DNA of 58,143 nt from Pelomyxa schiedti (Eukaryota; Protista; Evosea): assembly GCA_020536535.1 (NCBI GenBank), contig JAHLWZ010000891.1:1-58143 (forward strand), given 5' to 3'. The translations under genes and the position numbers were made by a program. The notes beneath the pieces were generated by a model. That model had not been told where the DNA came from and made no database searches. It saw only the letters and a list, made by a program, of their open reading frames with translations. Positions within the stretch are counted from its first letter, which is position 1. Each line of letters starts with the position of its first letter. Below, one piece after another: positions 1-11,626 of this stretch.

Positions 1-183
1 GAGTAGTAGTGGCTGGAGTGCCTAGCACTGATTTGTGTTGTGGCTTTGGCGAATGGCCTGCGACATTGCCTCCTCCTGTTGTGGAGCTCTTCTTTCCTTT
101 TCTTCCACTTAAATCCTCAATCTTAACACTGCAAGCATTCGTGGTGCTCGCTGTTGACAAATCGCCACACTTCATCTGAATCT
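1..183 (-). CDS. Partial exon of an unknown gene running off the window start
   Basis: After a CACAG acceptor-like site, an open minus frame (IQMKCGDLSTASTT...GTPATTT) runs to position 1. No recognisable domain. Confidence 0.3.
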
Positions 184-395
184 GTGAGGTAGGTAGACAC
201 GAGGAGTTGTTGAACTTGTAAGTTACCGCTTCAATTTGGGGCCAAGCGACTTGTTCTCGGTGCACCGAAAAGAGTGAACTAATTTGTTTTAGGATAGAAA
301 TGAACTGGTGCTAATTGAGCAATTTTGTTCATAAATCCTCGTAGCCGGCAAACGCTGTCTCTCCTTCATCATTTTTGTTTTTTGACTTCGTACGT

Positions 396-2741
396 ATGAG
401 CGGGACAACGAAGGAAAAGGTGCTGTTAGTGAGTGACGCGGTGGCGGCAGATTTATTCAAGATCTTTGATGCTGATCATGACGGGAGGGCCACGCCTGCT
501 GAGATCGGCACTGTGCTTGGCCTACCGCCTCATGTGTGCCACTTGTTGAGTGTGGTCTTGTTAAACCTGACCCAGTCGTTGTTTTGGATTTCTTTGGTGT
601 TCCCGCGAACTTGGGTTCACCGGTTCCCCCTTTTTCTCAGGACCCACTGCTGCGAAATTTTATTGACCACTTGGATACTGACGGCAATGGTGTACTTTCG
701 TTTGTGGAACTGCTGCACGGACTCGAATATTTGCTCAACATTTATGAAATCAAGCCAGACTTCAGCTCCCCTGAAAAATTTATGGATTCGTTCATGCCTG
801 CTTTCAAGAATACCCCACCGCCACGTGCCCCGAGTCACTCAACACACTGCATTGGAGCCAGATCTCAGTCGTTGGCGCACATGCAATCGTTGGACGACGG
901 AATTCCGGCACTGGATATATCCGCCATACCGGCAGCCGTAAAAGAAGTTCGAAGTGACATCCCGGATGTGCGCAATAAAGATGTGCACTTGAAGCGATAC
1001 ATTTCATCCAAGAGAAGAGCATGCAAGTGGATATCCGAGTGCCTGAGTTGTCCTGTTCCAACTGTTGATCAGCTGAAAGATGGAGTACTCCTCTATTCAG
1101 TTACTACTTGAAAAGTTGACGAACTTTCACAGATCCTTTTGTGTGAGTTGGTCAACAAAATAAAACCAAAAGCGGTTCCTCAAATCTCCAAATCACGTTC
1201 AATTCCTAGCTCATTGGAAAATATGCTACTTTTCCTGAATGCCTGCAGAGACATGGGTATTGTCGTCGACCCCGAAGTTGTGGTTGTGCTCACACTCTTT
1301 GGTAGGTGTTCCTGATGGGGCATTATGTTCACCATCTGATTTTGTTTTCAAAAAGAATTTAGATATTGCTTTTGGCACTGTTGTAAGACTTGGTGCCTTG
1401 GTAAGCGATACAGCATTTGAGACAAAGCTTCCAGTGGAAAGAGACACCATTGTTACCTCAGAAGACATGTCTGAAGCAAAAAGAGAATTAGAGCTTGTGG
1501 TAAAGCTGCCATTTCATTCGATGATTTATAATATTATTTTAGGATACGAACTGTGAAGCCGAAATTATCAGGGTAATTTTTCCGTAATTTCGTTTCTGTG
1601 AATTAATATGCTCCCAGGCATTTGTAAGCCACCAAAGTCGACCTCCAGTAACACAAGTAGTACACTGTTTCATTCCCTTTCAGTAGAGCTGATGTCAATA
1701 GACAGACACAACAAATAAGAGTGCGCTAAAAACGACATCCACTGAAAACAAGAAGGCAAGCATGTGATGAGAACCAATCACCACTGACAATCAAGATAAT
1801 CAAGAAGCCTGCAAATGACCTCCTAATTAAGGGATCTAGTACAAGAGATACTACTGGTGCGACATCAGGGGTGAAGAAAGAAACTACCTCTAGAGACAAT
1901 AGAAGCCGTGCTGAGCATATATCCACTTCTCTATCACCAGATTCAAACGAGAAAAGAACTGCAGTTTCGTTCCTGGAATATAACAGACAATCCTTTTTAA
2001 ACTGTTAACAAATGTGTCATAGGATGATAGCAGAATCAAAGTTGAGATACCTGCAACTCAGTCCAGAGAGCCACATTTCACAAAAGCATTACATTCTGGG
2101 AGTTGCCACCACCCAGTTTCCATGTGCGATGCAACAACACTCGAGAAAGAGTAAGCTTTTCTCATGCAAAGCAAACTCAAAAAACCTCTCAGGTACGCTG
2201 CCCGCCTGAATCGGTTGGGGGCCTCTCTTCAGAATCTGGAAACTAAAAACCGCGAACTAGAAACACAAAATTTTGTGTTGTTAGGGTATGCCAACCATTT
2301 ACCGTGCACAACTGTGTACTGATGAAATATGCACAATAAGACAATTAAAACAGATGAAAGGTGAATCCACGCGCCCTAAATCCAAATCTGTAATGACAGA
2401 AGGAATGTATATTAGAAAGGTTTCTTCCCTCTCTTGTAAAAGACTCAATCTCAACACCAATACCGCAGCTGGACTTGTTATCCAAGGAGATGACCGCTCT
2501 GTCTGAGAAGTTTGAGCAATCTGAAACAAGGAACAAATCACTGACAGCGGAGCTCGTCTCTTCCAAACGGGAGCTTGCTGCACTCACAAAGCCATTTATG
2601 ATGAATCTCGAGGGACCATCACCACCCACAACCAGCAGATCAACAACAGTCACTACCACCAGAACTACAACAACAACAGCCACCAGTATCTCCACTACAT
2701 CCTCAGCCTCAGAACCTACCAAGGCCAACAGCACGTCATGA
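396..2741 (+). CDS. EF-hand + calponin-homology (CH) domain protein with a C-terminal coiled coil; multi-exon
   Basis: EF loops DADHDGRATPAE and DTDGNGVLSFVE. CH-like ACKWISECL...QLKDG..LLCELVNKIKPKAV...ENMLLFLNACRDMG. Coiled coil and T-rich tail in ORF 2475-2741. Confidence 0.7.
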
Positions 2742-2868
2742 GTGCCTTTCCCTAGTCAGGAAACGAAACACAAGAACAGCTTCCTCAAAGGGACAAAGTT
2801 TTGGCTATTATTTCGGCTTCACTTGATTTAGTCGAACGAACAACACACTAGTACTAGTGTGCTTCAAG

Positions 2869-4109
2869 ATGGCAACAACAGTAACTGACAAGGACGTAGA
2901 CAGTTTGCACGATGATACTCTGTTAAGCGTTTTCGGGTTTGTGTGTCTGCGACGAGAACACATTGTCACTATCTCCCTTGGTGAGAGTGAGGCATAAAGA
3001 GCCGCTTTGTGCCGTGAAGTGCTTGTTGCTCACGTTTACACAGTATGCAGACGTTGGCACCGAATTGCCAGTGGAGAGTGGGGGTCCCTTCTGCGTAAGG
3101 TAAGGGCAGAGAGTGCTCAGGCAATCACAAGTCACTTGGATGTTCTATCTTCTGTTGTCACCCTTAATTGCCAAGGCGTTTCTGGTGTTTATTACCCCCA
3201 CAGAAATGATTGCGTGTTTAACTTTCCTTTAGATTTCTCGTTTCTACAATACCTTCCCCACCTCAGACATCTGAAGTGTATCTCAGCACAGTGCCATGGA
3301 AAGTAATTTAGTTGTACTTTCCATGCTTCAAATTGCTTACGTCTCACAGACTTGGAGAACTACACTTACATGCACCGTTGCTGCGTTCTATGGATCTATC
3401 TATGTCAGACATTAGCCTCGAGGACATCACTGTTTTCTGTAAGCTGCCATTCCTCAAGCACATTGAGCTATATTGGTGCGAAGACTTAGATGATGTTGAT
3501 GGCCGCATTCCCCCTCAAGTTGAGTACTTCTCCCTCAATCACCCAGTAATCGTTTTCTTTGATGCCACTCCTCTGGTGAGTAGCAACATATATTTCCAAA
3601 TTCACATAGTAACAGCCATTATTTGCACTTGTAAGAAAAATCTAAAAGCGTTATCGCTAGACTTCTGTGACCTACCCACACCGCGGCACTCATCCTTTCA
3701 ATATTTGACATCCCTGCAACTCTTTGTCTACCCTGCTTTCTGGGGATGGCCTGGGGAACCGAATTTCCTTCATATTGTGAACCTCCCTGTACTTCATTTC
3801 TTGATTATTCCTGTGCCTCCTGTTGAAGAGTGAGCAACCAACCAAACCATATTCTTTCTTGCCCAACTAACAAACAAACCAAGGTACTGGCCAGAAATAC
3901 TGGTTCTCAACAGATGCCCCTCACTTAGATACATTGAATTCACAAGCAGGGAGTACGATAACAAGCCCCAAGAGTACCTTGACAGATTTGGCCTGTGGCT
4001 CCACAACCACATACTCACCAGCATAAGAACTCAGTTTGGCATCGCGAGCCGAGCTCGGTCACCTTGTCTCAAGAAGGTCTTCAAGCACCTTTGTCATTTA
4101 TACTCTTGA
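2869..4109 (+). CDS. F-box / leucine-rich-repeat protein; multi-exon
   Basis: F-box-like DSLHDDTLLSVF...VYTVCRRWHRIA. LRR-like LPHLRHLKC, LLRSMDLS, LPFLKHIEL, LKALSLDFC, CPSLRYIEF. Confidence 0.7.
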
Positions 4110-4221
4110 CCTCCGTTACCAACGAAAATATTCGCCGGCGGAAGGAAACGAAAAGACCACCGTGGCACGTTTTTCTTTTCCAGAAACTTTTTCGGTGTAT
4201 CCCACACAAGTTCTGTGTTCG

Positions 4222-5891
4222 ATGCACGTGCGGGTGGCTGTGCGGTGTGGGGCCGCCGTAGTACTTGCCGTCTTTATTCTTTCCACAGTGTGGATTTCAC
4301 TGTGGGCTCCGCCGGTGTCGCCACCGTCGCCGCCGACAAGAACGGGTGACGTGGCGGAACAACGCAACTCATCACATGTCGACGCTGCGGTGAATATTCA
4401 AAAAGGGACTGGTCTGAGTTCAGAAACAGAAGTGTTGCTTGGGGAACCCTGGAGAAAATGGGCCAACAAACAAAGAAACTTTACAGTGTCAAACACTAGT
4501 GGAAGCCCCAATCAGGAGTTGGAAGAGAGGCTCCCAGAGAAATGTGGAAAGCCTTTTACAGAACATCATTTAGTGAGCATCATTTTAACTGGGAGGAATG
4601 ATGACTATGGAGGGAAAGGGCCATTCACATATAGAACAAGGTACCGAAGTAACTATTGAGTCCTAATCTTCCACGGTAAAGGTTACAGAATTTTCTTGAT
4701 TCTCTTGATTTTTTCGCCCAAGTTCATAGCCTGGACTGTGAGCTCGTTTTTGTGGAATGGAATCCCCCCAATACCACAGCTTCCTTGAGAACTATCTTGC
4801 AATGGCCCTCTTCAGGTTTTCAAACTGCCATCTCCGTTAATGATGCGAATCTGCAGTGCAGGCTTTGTTGTGCGGTTCATTGTTGTTCCTCCAGAGATAC
4901 ATCTGCAATACCCACTACCAAATAGAGACATTCTCCCTGTTACCTGATTTAATTCTCGTCATCACGTCTAATGTGCAACACAGGTGATGGAATTCGTTGC
5001 TAAAAATACTGGTGCACGTCGCACAAATAGTACTTTCCTGCTATTTACTACTAGTGACATACATTATTTGGACGGATCCCCTTGTGGAATTCCTTGCAAA
5101 TTTCACCCAGTAAGACGTTTTCTATCCTGATTGTGAACAAACCTACAAAGAGAGTCCAAGTTGAAGGCACTGAGCTCTCTTAATACATATGCAGTTGGCC
5201 TGCGTATAAACTTTGATTGGACTGGAGGTCATATCCCTCCTCAAGATACTCTAGAGACATGCCTACAGGGTGCCAAGCTAATATATATACCCGGAGGGCC
5301 GCGCAATTTGTCTAATCCTGTGATTGCCTTCAACACTTGGGAATACCTCACCAATATGGGAGAGGTTTATATGTTCAACAAAACGCTTCCTCAACCTACT
5401 AAACTTGGCTCCCTACCTGGTGCCTACTATACACTTGCAGCAGGGGATTTTACCTTAATTCCCACCTCAAGGTATGAGTACTCTGTGAAGGGCCTCTTCA
5501 CTCAATCACAAGAGATACATGAAAATAAAAGGATATGTTGAACAACCAACTTATGGGTCTTGGGACTCAGTATTACTCTTTATGTTTGGAGGTGATCTAG
5601 ATCTGCTCTCAAAACAAGTAATACCAAATACATGGTTTTTTTTTTTTCCTGAAGCTCTAGGTAAAACCTTTCCAGGTTGTTCTCCCTCCCCCTCTTTTTG
5701 TCTGCCACCAGAACCATTTCCGTTCCAGCTTATTTAGGACTGTAACCAGTTCCCCCCCATACTATGCTGTGCACCGTAGAGAAATCCTACAGCAAATGAA
5801 CCAGGACCCAAACTGGGGAAGAACAAGCCCTGAGGACCAACAAGTGATACAGCAGTGGATTTTCTCCAGCAAAACCTGGTGCCTGCTCTGA
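4222..5891 (+). CDS. Type II membrane protein, putative GT-A (family-2-like) glycosyltransferase; multi-exon
   Basis: N-terminal TM (AAVVLAVFILSTVWISLW) and Pro-rich stem. Then VSIILTGRNDDYGG, RLQNFLDSL, ELVFVEWNPP, EFVAKNTGARR, FLLFTTSD and AAGDFTLI. Confidence 0.55.
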
Positions 5892-6232
5892 GTGGAGAGG
5901 AGTCGGCACACCTTCAACTACAATTTTTTTAACTGTACTAAAAGAGGAAGAGACAATCACAGTGATTTAGTCTGTTGATTGCACAATACAACACCGAATG
6001 ATTGAGATGTATGCTTTCTCAAACTGAGAATCCCATCACAACAATGATTCCCTCATCGGGTTCAACGACTTAACCCAACCGCTGGCACAATCTATTATTC
6101 GTGAAGATTTTTTTTTTTTTTTAACGCGGAGGGTGGGCATAGCAGTAGCACCACGCGAAACAAGAAATAGAGTGTCACGACACCAACACAAGCAAACAAA
6201 AACAACAGCCAACAGTAACAACAACAACAACA

Positions 6233-7784
6233 ATGTCGTCGTCGTTTGCGGCGTTGCAGGTGGGCAACATGGTGCGGCTGGAGGCGGCGGCGGCGTTGAG
6301 GTCGTCGTCAGGTGCCACCAACACGTGGCTCGAGGCTGCTGCCGACAGCGTGGCTTTGGCTCCTTCCCACTCTCCTGCTGGTCTATTCGAAGTACTCAAA
6401 GGTTGGTGTGTGTGTGTTTGTTTGTTTGGTTGTTTATGTATCTTCCTTTTGTGTTGAAATATCGAGGGCGAAACCTGTGGGAAAAAAAAGTAGAGTATAA
6501 TATTATCATGGCACTGTGTTTGGTTGGTTAACTTGAGAGAAGGAAATATGCCGGGAACTGTAAAGTTGAGGAATGTAAAGGAAAGCAAGTTGCTGGGTAC
6601 AACTGCTCAGAAGGCCGTCCTGTGGCTTACCACTATGGATCAGTGGAGTGACTTCATTGTGCTGGTGGAAGAACGTGGCGTTTTCTTAACTTTTGCGTGT
6701 ATGTTACCTTTCTCATTCTCCTTTCACTGTAGTAACACTCTATTCAAGCCAATGCCATTTCTTTGTCTTTCACTCCCGAAGGGTATATCCAGCCCCCAGA
6801 CAAAATCGGATCCGGGAAGCCTACTGCATTCAAAGTAATTCCGTGCACTCTTGCGGAGGCAAGTACGGCTACTGCAACTGCCTCCACAACCGCATCCGCA
6901 ACAGCTTCCGCAACTGCATCCACAACTGCATATACATCCACATCCAGCTCAACCACTACCTCATCAATGACTGGGTCTTCAAGCCTTGTCCCTGCCAAAG
7001 TTCGTGATTTCTGCTATTTTTACTCTAGTCTGACCACTCCTTCCCCCTCTTTCTCTCTTTTTTGCACAAAAAGGCATCCGCCGCAGTTTCAAATGTATCC
7101 ATTACGTATATTTGTTACTGTCTCATGTTGTATAACTTTATTGAAGGAAAGTGTCCTACCGCCTCCTCTCCTTGGCTTGAAACCAGCTACGAAGGAGTCC
7201 ATTATAACACTGTACCAGGCTTGCTTAGGTGCATTCGATAAAATAATCCATAGGTAACCATAGATAACCCTAAAAGCCAATAGGAATAAAACGACCTGTA
7301 ACTCTTATTATCAAGAATGATTTGCCGGACACACTTGTAACACTTTTCTCAGTCACTCACACAAACGGGAAAATTTCCAAATGTCTGCTCATTTTTTCCC
7401 CAAGAGTGCGTTATTAACACAATGCAGACTCCGCTGACCCCCTCAATGCTTCAGCAGGACCTGGGCAAGCAATCTTCTGGCAATGTGTACAAAAGCGTAA
7501 TTATTCAATACCTACCAATCTTCGTCGAATCTAAACACCGTACAGGTCTAGTTGGAGCTGCAGGGGAGGCACACTTCAACATCACCCACCTTCAATACCA
7601 GCGGCTACACACTACATTCTCCATTCAATGGAACCACCCAGTAGGCCACAAGCACTCTGCCTACTCTGAAGGCATACACTCACCACCCTCTGCCAAGTCC
7701 GATATGGTGACATTCAAGCTCACTCGTGCGGGAACAACATCAGGCCACGCACAGATAGTAGCATGGGTTGTATCCATGACTTGA
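6233..7784 (+). CDS. Two-domain protein: beta-trefoil/fascin-like N-terminus, S/T/A linker, aegerolysin/actinoporin-like C-terminal beta-sandwich; multi-exon
   Basis: Spliced C-terminus KRPVTLIIKNDLPDTLVTLFSVTHTNGK...AGPGQAIFWQCVQK.LVGAAGEAHFNI...TFSIQWNHPVGHKHSAYS, obtained with GT-AG introns at ~7229-7283, ~7383-7427 and ~7497-7545. Confidence 0.5.
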
Positions 7785-7896
7785 CTTGTTTTTTGTACCT
7801 ATTGCCTAAAAAAAATAAACAAGCCAACAGCATAACACTTTGCCAAAGAGCAATTTTTTTTTCTTATTCACGCTGCATAAAACTGGAAAAAGTGGT

Positions 7897-10046
7897 TTAC
7901 TCAACTTGCTCCTCAGCCGGAGCTTCTTCTGTGGGTGCTTCCTCCTCGGGAGCATCTTCTGCTTGTGGTTCGGCGGGGGCTTCCTCTGCGGCTTCCTCCT
8001 CGGTAGCTTCGACTTTGATAATCTGGAAAGAAGGTAAAAGAAAGAAAGCAAGAAAGAGGCGTACTTTGGTTGCTGGGGGTACAACAGCGACAGCAGCTGG
8101 TTTGCGTTTTCTGGCCGTCTCCGCAGATGCCGAGGCAGTTGTGGTTGATGTTGCGGTCGTAGAAGTGGTGGATTTAGCTGCCTTCAACTCTGACGCGATC
8201 ATTTCCTCAACAGAAAGTGGCTTTCCCCTTCAAAACGTAAGTTTTGCGGAGGAGAAAAGAAAACCTTACAGCAATTCAGGTAATGCCTTGATGAGCTCTT
8301 CGGGTGTTTGTTCAATAACCTTGGAGAATTTGCCTAACTTTCCAGCAGAGACCAATTTCTTCTTTATTTGAGCCTTGGGTCCATAACCCCAGCATCGGGG
8401 ATATGTGTCTCGGTCCATTATAACTCGCTTTATCTTTGCAACTACGCCATACTCTGCAGTGGCAATGATTGCAGAGGTCATCTGGGCAATGGCAAGTGCA
8501 ATGGCCTCTCCCTTTGTTGTCATTAAAACGATTTCCTCCCCGGTTTCAATTCCGGCCTCATATCCTAGATGACGGTAAAGGACGATTTAATAGTTGTACG
8601 ACATACTCAGAACTCCAGGAATCATACATTTAGCTCCATAGCAGATAGCATTGACTGTGCTATCTTTCAGAACAATGCGCTTGTGCTTGATAAGTAAGAG
8701 CTCTAATGGCTTGATAGCATATCTCAGGTAAGAATCTTGTGCAATGTCAACTTGAGAAAGGCATGTGGGCAGGAAAGAACCATCTTTGCGTGTGTCCATT
8801 TCGTACATAGCATCAATGACGTCGTGCATGGTTACCAAGTGGTCCTAAAAGAGCAAAAAAATTAGGTTTTGTGGTGTGGAGTGGGTACTAACATGCTCAG
8901 TCAAAGCACCTGACCTAACCCTTCTGAGCTCCTGCATATGAGCACCAGTGCCTATAAGAAGCCTGGAAAAAATTAATTGTTTTGATGGTGCCGACTTGTT
9001 GCTACCCTAAGTGAACACAAAGGGTTCGGATGTAAGTTCCTGCTTCACACGACACCCAAAAAACTCCAAGATGTCTTTCGGGGTCGTACTCATAGAGCTT
9101 GCTCTCGAAAATAGTTCTCACACGAAGGCGTCTCTGAAAATAGGCTCAGGTTACTTGTTTTTAAAAACCACTCTTACTTTAACAGCACTAATAAGAGGAG
9201 GTCGCTGGAAGAGAGCTCCAGTAAGTGTTTCTATTGCCTACGGCATTTTAGACTGGAACACTAAGAAAGGAAACCAACCCCAGCTAGCTGTTGGACGTTG
9301 TCAATAGCTTCGTGGAGGCGTACAACACACACGTACTCTTTGCCTGGACAAATTAAGTACATTTTCGGTAGGGGTAAAAGAAATTACCCGCTCCTTGCTG
9401 TGATTTGACTAGACGTGTAGCGCGATCAACGCAAACAATCAAACAACCTGTCACAGCAGGGTCCAGTGTGCCTTGCGGAGTGTGAAATTTAGAGACCCAC
9501 ATTGTGAAACGAACCACTGTGACCAGTTTTTTCCACACGTAAAATCTTCTTGATCCAAGCAACAACTTCGTGGGAAGATGGATTGGCGGGCTTATCCAAG
9601 TTAATGATACCGTATCTGTGGAAGCATAAATTTCATGCTGGGCGGAATTCCAAGGAAATACTTCAGGTATTCAGACAACTTTCGCTTGAGTGGCGATGAG
9701 CCAGACGTAAGAGGGGTGTAATGTCCAGTTCTGACGAGAAGTTTATCATAGTTCTTAAGGAGCAACGGCCACTTGGAAGTGTCCAATGTGGGAGTAATCT
9801 TTTCCGGCTTAATAGAGAAGTCTATGCAACAGTCAACACGGCGTGTCTCACTTTTTTTGTTGCGACGAAACAGGTACGAAGGGGGAAAAAAAAAAAAGGA
9901 GAACCTTCGCCCTCAGGTTCTTTCTCCTCCTCGGGAGCAGTTTGTGTAACAGCGGCGGGTTTGGCGGCAGTGGCTGGTGATTTTGGCGTTTGGGGAGCCT
10001 TTGGTTTCGGGGTGATGGTGGGCACTCTGGCTGGTGACTTGGACAT
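7897..10046 (-). CDS. DKC1: H/ACA RNP pseudouridine synthase dyskerin/Cbf5; multi-exon
   Basis: [71 protein letters not shown] region [24 protein letters not shown]. Confidence 0.97.
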
Positions 10047-10246
10047 CTCCGGAAATGCGACACACGGGGCGACTACGACGGGTCTGTGTTGAGTTTTGTT
10101 GTTTTTTTTTCCTTCAACGTCAGAGTAATAATGTTATTATTATCGGGCCTGCAAGTGCAGGGAAATTAGGCATTAGATCCCTGCATAGAATTCCCTCTCT
10201 GTTTCTATTCATCAGATCTTGGGTGTGCCAAGGGTTTTAATTGGAG

Positions 10247-11530
10247 ATGGCGACAAGCAGCTGTGTTGTGTGCGGATCTACGACCGGCCTCAAAACGTGT
10301 GGAAGGTGCAAGAGTGTGTTCTATTGTGGGCCTGTGCACCAAAGTACGTATCGTTTCAGTTTCGATGCGTTTCGTTGTGCGTAGTGGCTTGTTTTTTTTT
10401 TATTTTCTTTTCTTTCCGGTCTTAGTGTTGTTTACAGAAGGGCACTGGAGTGTACACAAACTCACATGTCGTCCGCCGGATGGCAGTCTTGTGGGAAGTA
10501 CTTCTACACAGAACCAAACGAGTGCAGCTACTGAAACTCGTTCTTGCAGCACGAGTGGTGGCTCGGCACCTCATTTTCCTGGAACTGATACGGAAGGTGG
10601 TGCCTATGATTCAAACGAAGCGATGTGGAGCAAAATGCTTATGGGAGGCAATGATTCTTGGTACTCCAAAACTGGTAAGCAGCTTTTCAAACTGAACCAC
10701 TTTCTCCTTGTGTAAAGAAATATTTATGGAAGACCGTGAAATCTTATGCGAACTCTAGACGAGTACTGGCAGGTACCTTACCGCACCATGCCAACAATTG
10801 CACATACAACCAATAGGCCGCGCCAGCCACAGTTGATGGGGTACTAGGTGGACTTGGGTACATCGCTCCCGTAGACGAAAAAGACTCTAGAGCACTTATC
10901 AATGAACTCATCCAAGGCCTTTGTGAGAATTGTCCTCCAGTGCACACTCAGAGAGCACTTGGTTGTAGTATGGCAGGTAACACTTGTACTCATGATTGGT
11001 CCTTCCAGATTGTGGAGCTGGAATAGGAAGAATCGCTAAGACTGTGTTACTGCCGCGGTTCTTGAAGGTGGACCTTCTTGATCAAAATCAACGATTGCTT
11101 GATCAAGCTAAAGTATCTATTGGAAAGAATTCCCGCCTTGGCGATTTCATTTGTTCTGGTCTTCAAGTATGATTTCAAAATCCAATAACATGCTCATGGC
11201 CCATAGAATTTTGATTTCGGAACTCGCAAATATGATGTGATCTGGGTTCAGTGGGTTATCATTTACTTGAATGACACCGACTTTGTGTCGTTCCTCAGAG
11301 CTGCGAAATCTGCCCTCAATACACAAGGAGTGATTATTGTAAAAGATAACGTCACACAGGCATCTACAGGCCAAGGATTTTGGGTTGACAAGTCCGACAA
11401 CAGTGTAATTCGCTCAGATAACTACAACCGGTGGTTGTTCACGCAAGCCGGCCTTAATTTAGTACGCGTTCGTCCACAGCCACATTTCCCCAAGGAACTA
11501 CTTCCTGTGATGTGCTACGTTTTAAATTAA
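10247..11530 (+). CDS. NTMT1: N-terminal Xaa-Pro-Lys methyltransferase (NTMT1/Tae1) with an N-terminal MYND zinc finger; multi-exon
   Basis: MYND CVVC...KTCGRCKSVFYCGPVHQ..HWSVHKLTC. Methyltransferase PATVDGVLGG, DCGAGIGRI, YDVIWVQWVIIYLND, IIVKDN, DNSVIRS. Confidence 0.9.
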
Positions 11531-11626
11531 GCACAGACCTTGCAATAACATTACCAAAAAAGAACAAAATAAAATTCTTTTCAAAAGGGATCGTTGTTTA
11601 CTTTGCTGTTTATTTCTTTAGAGGTT

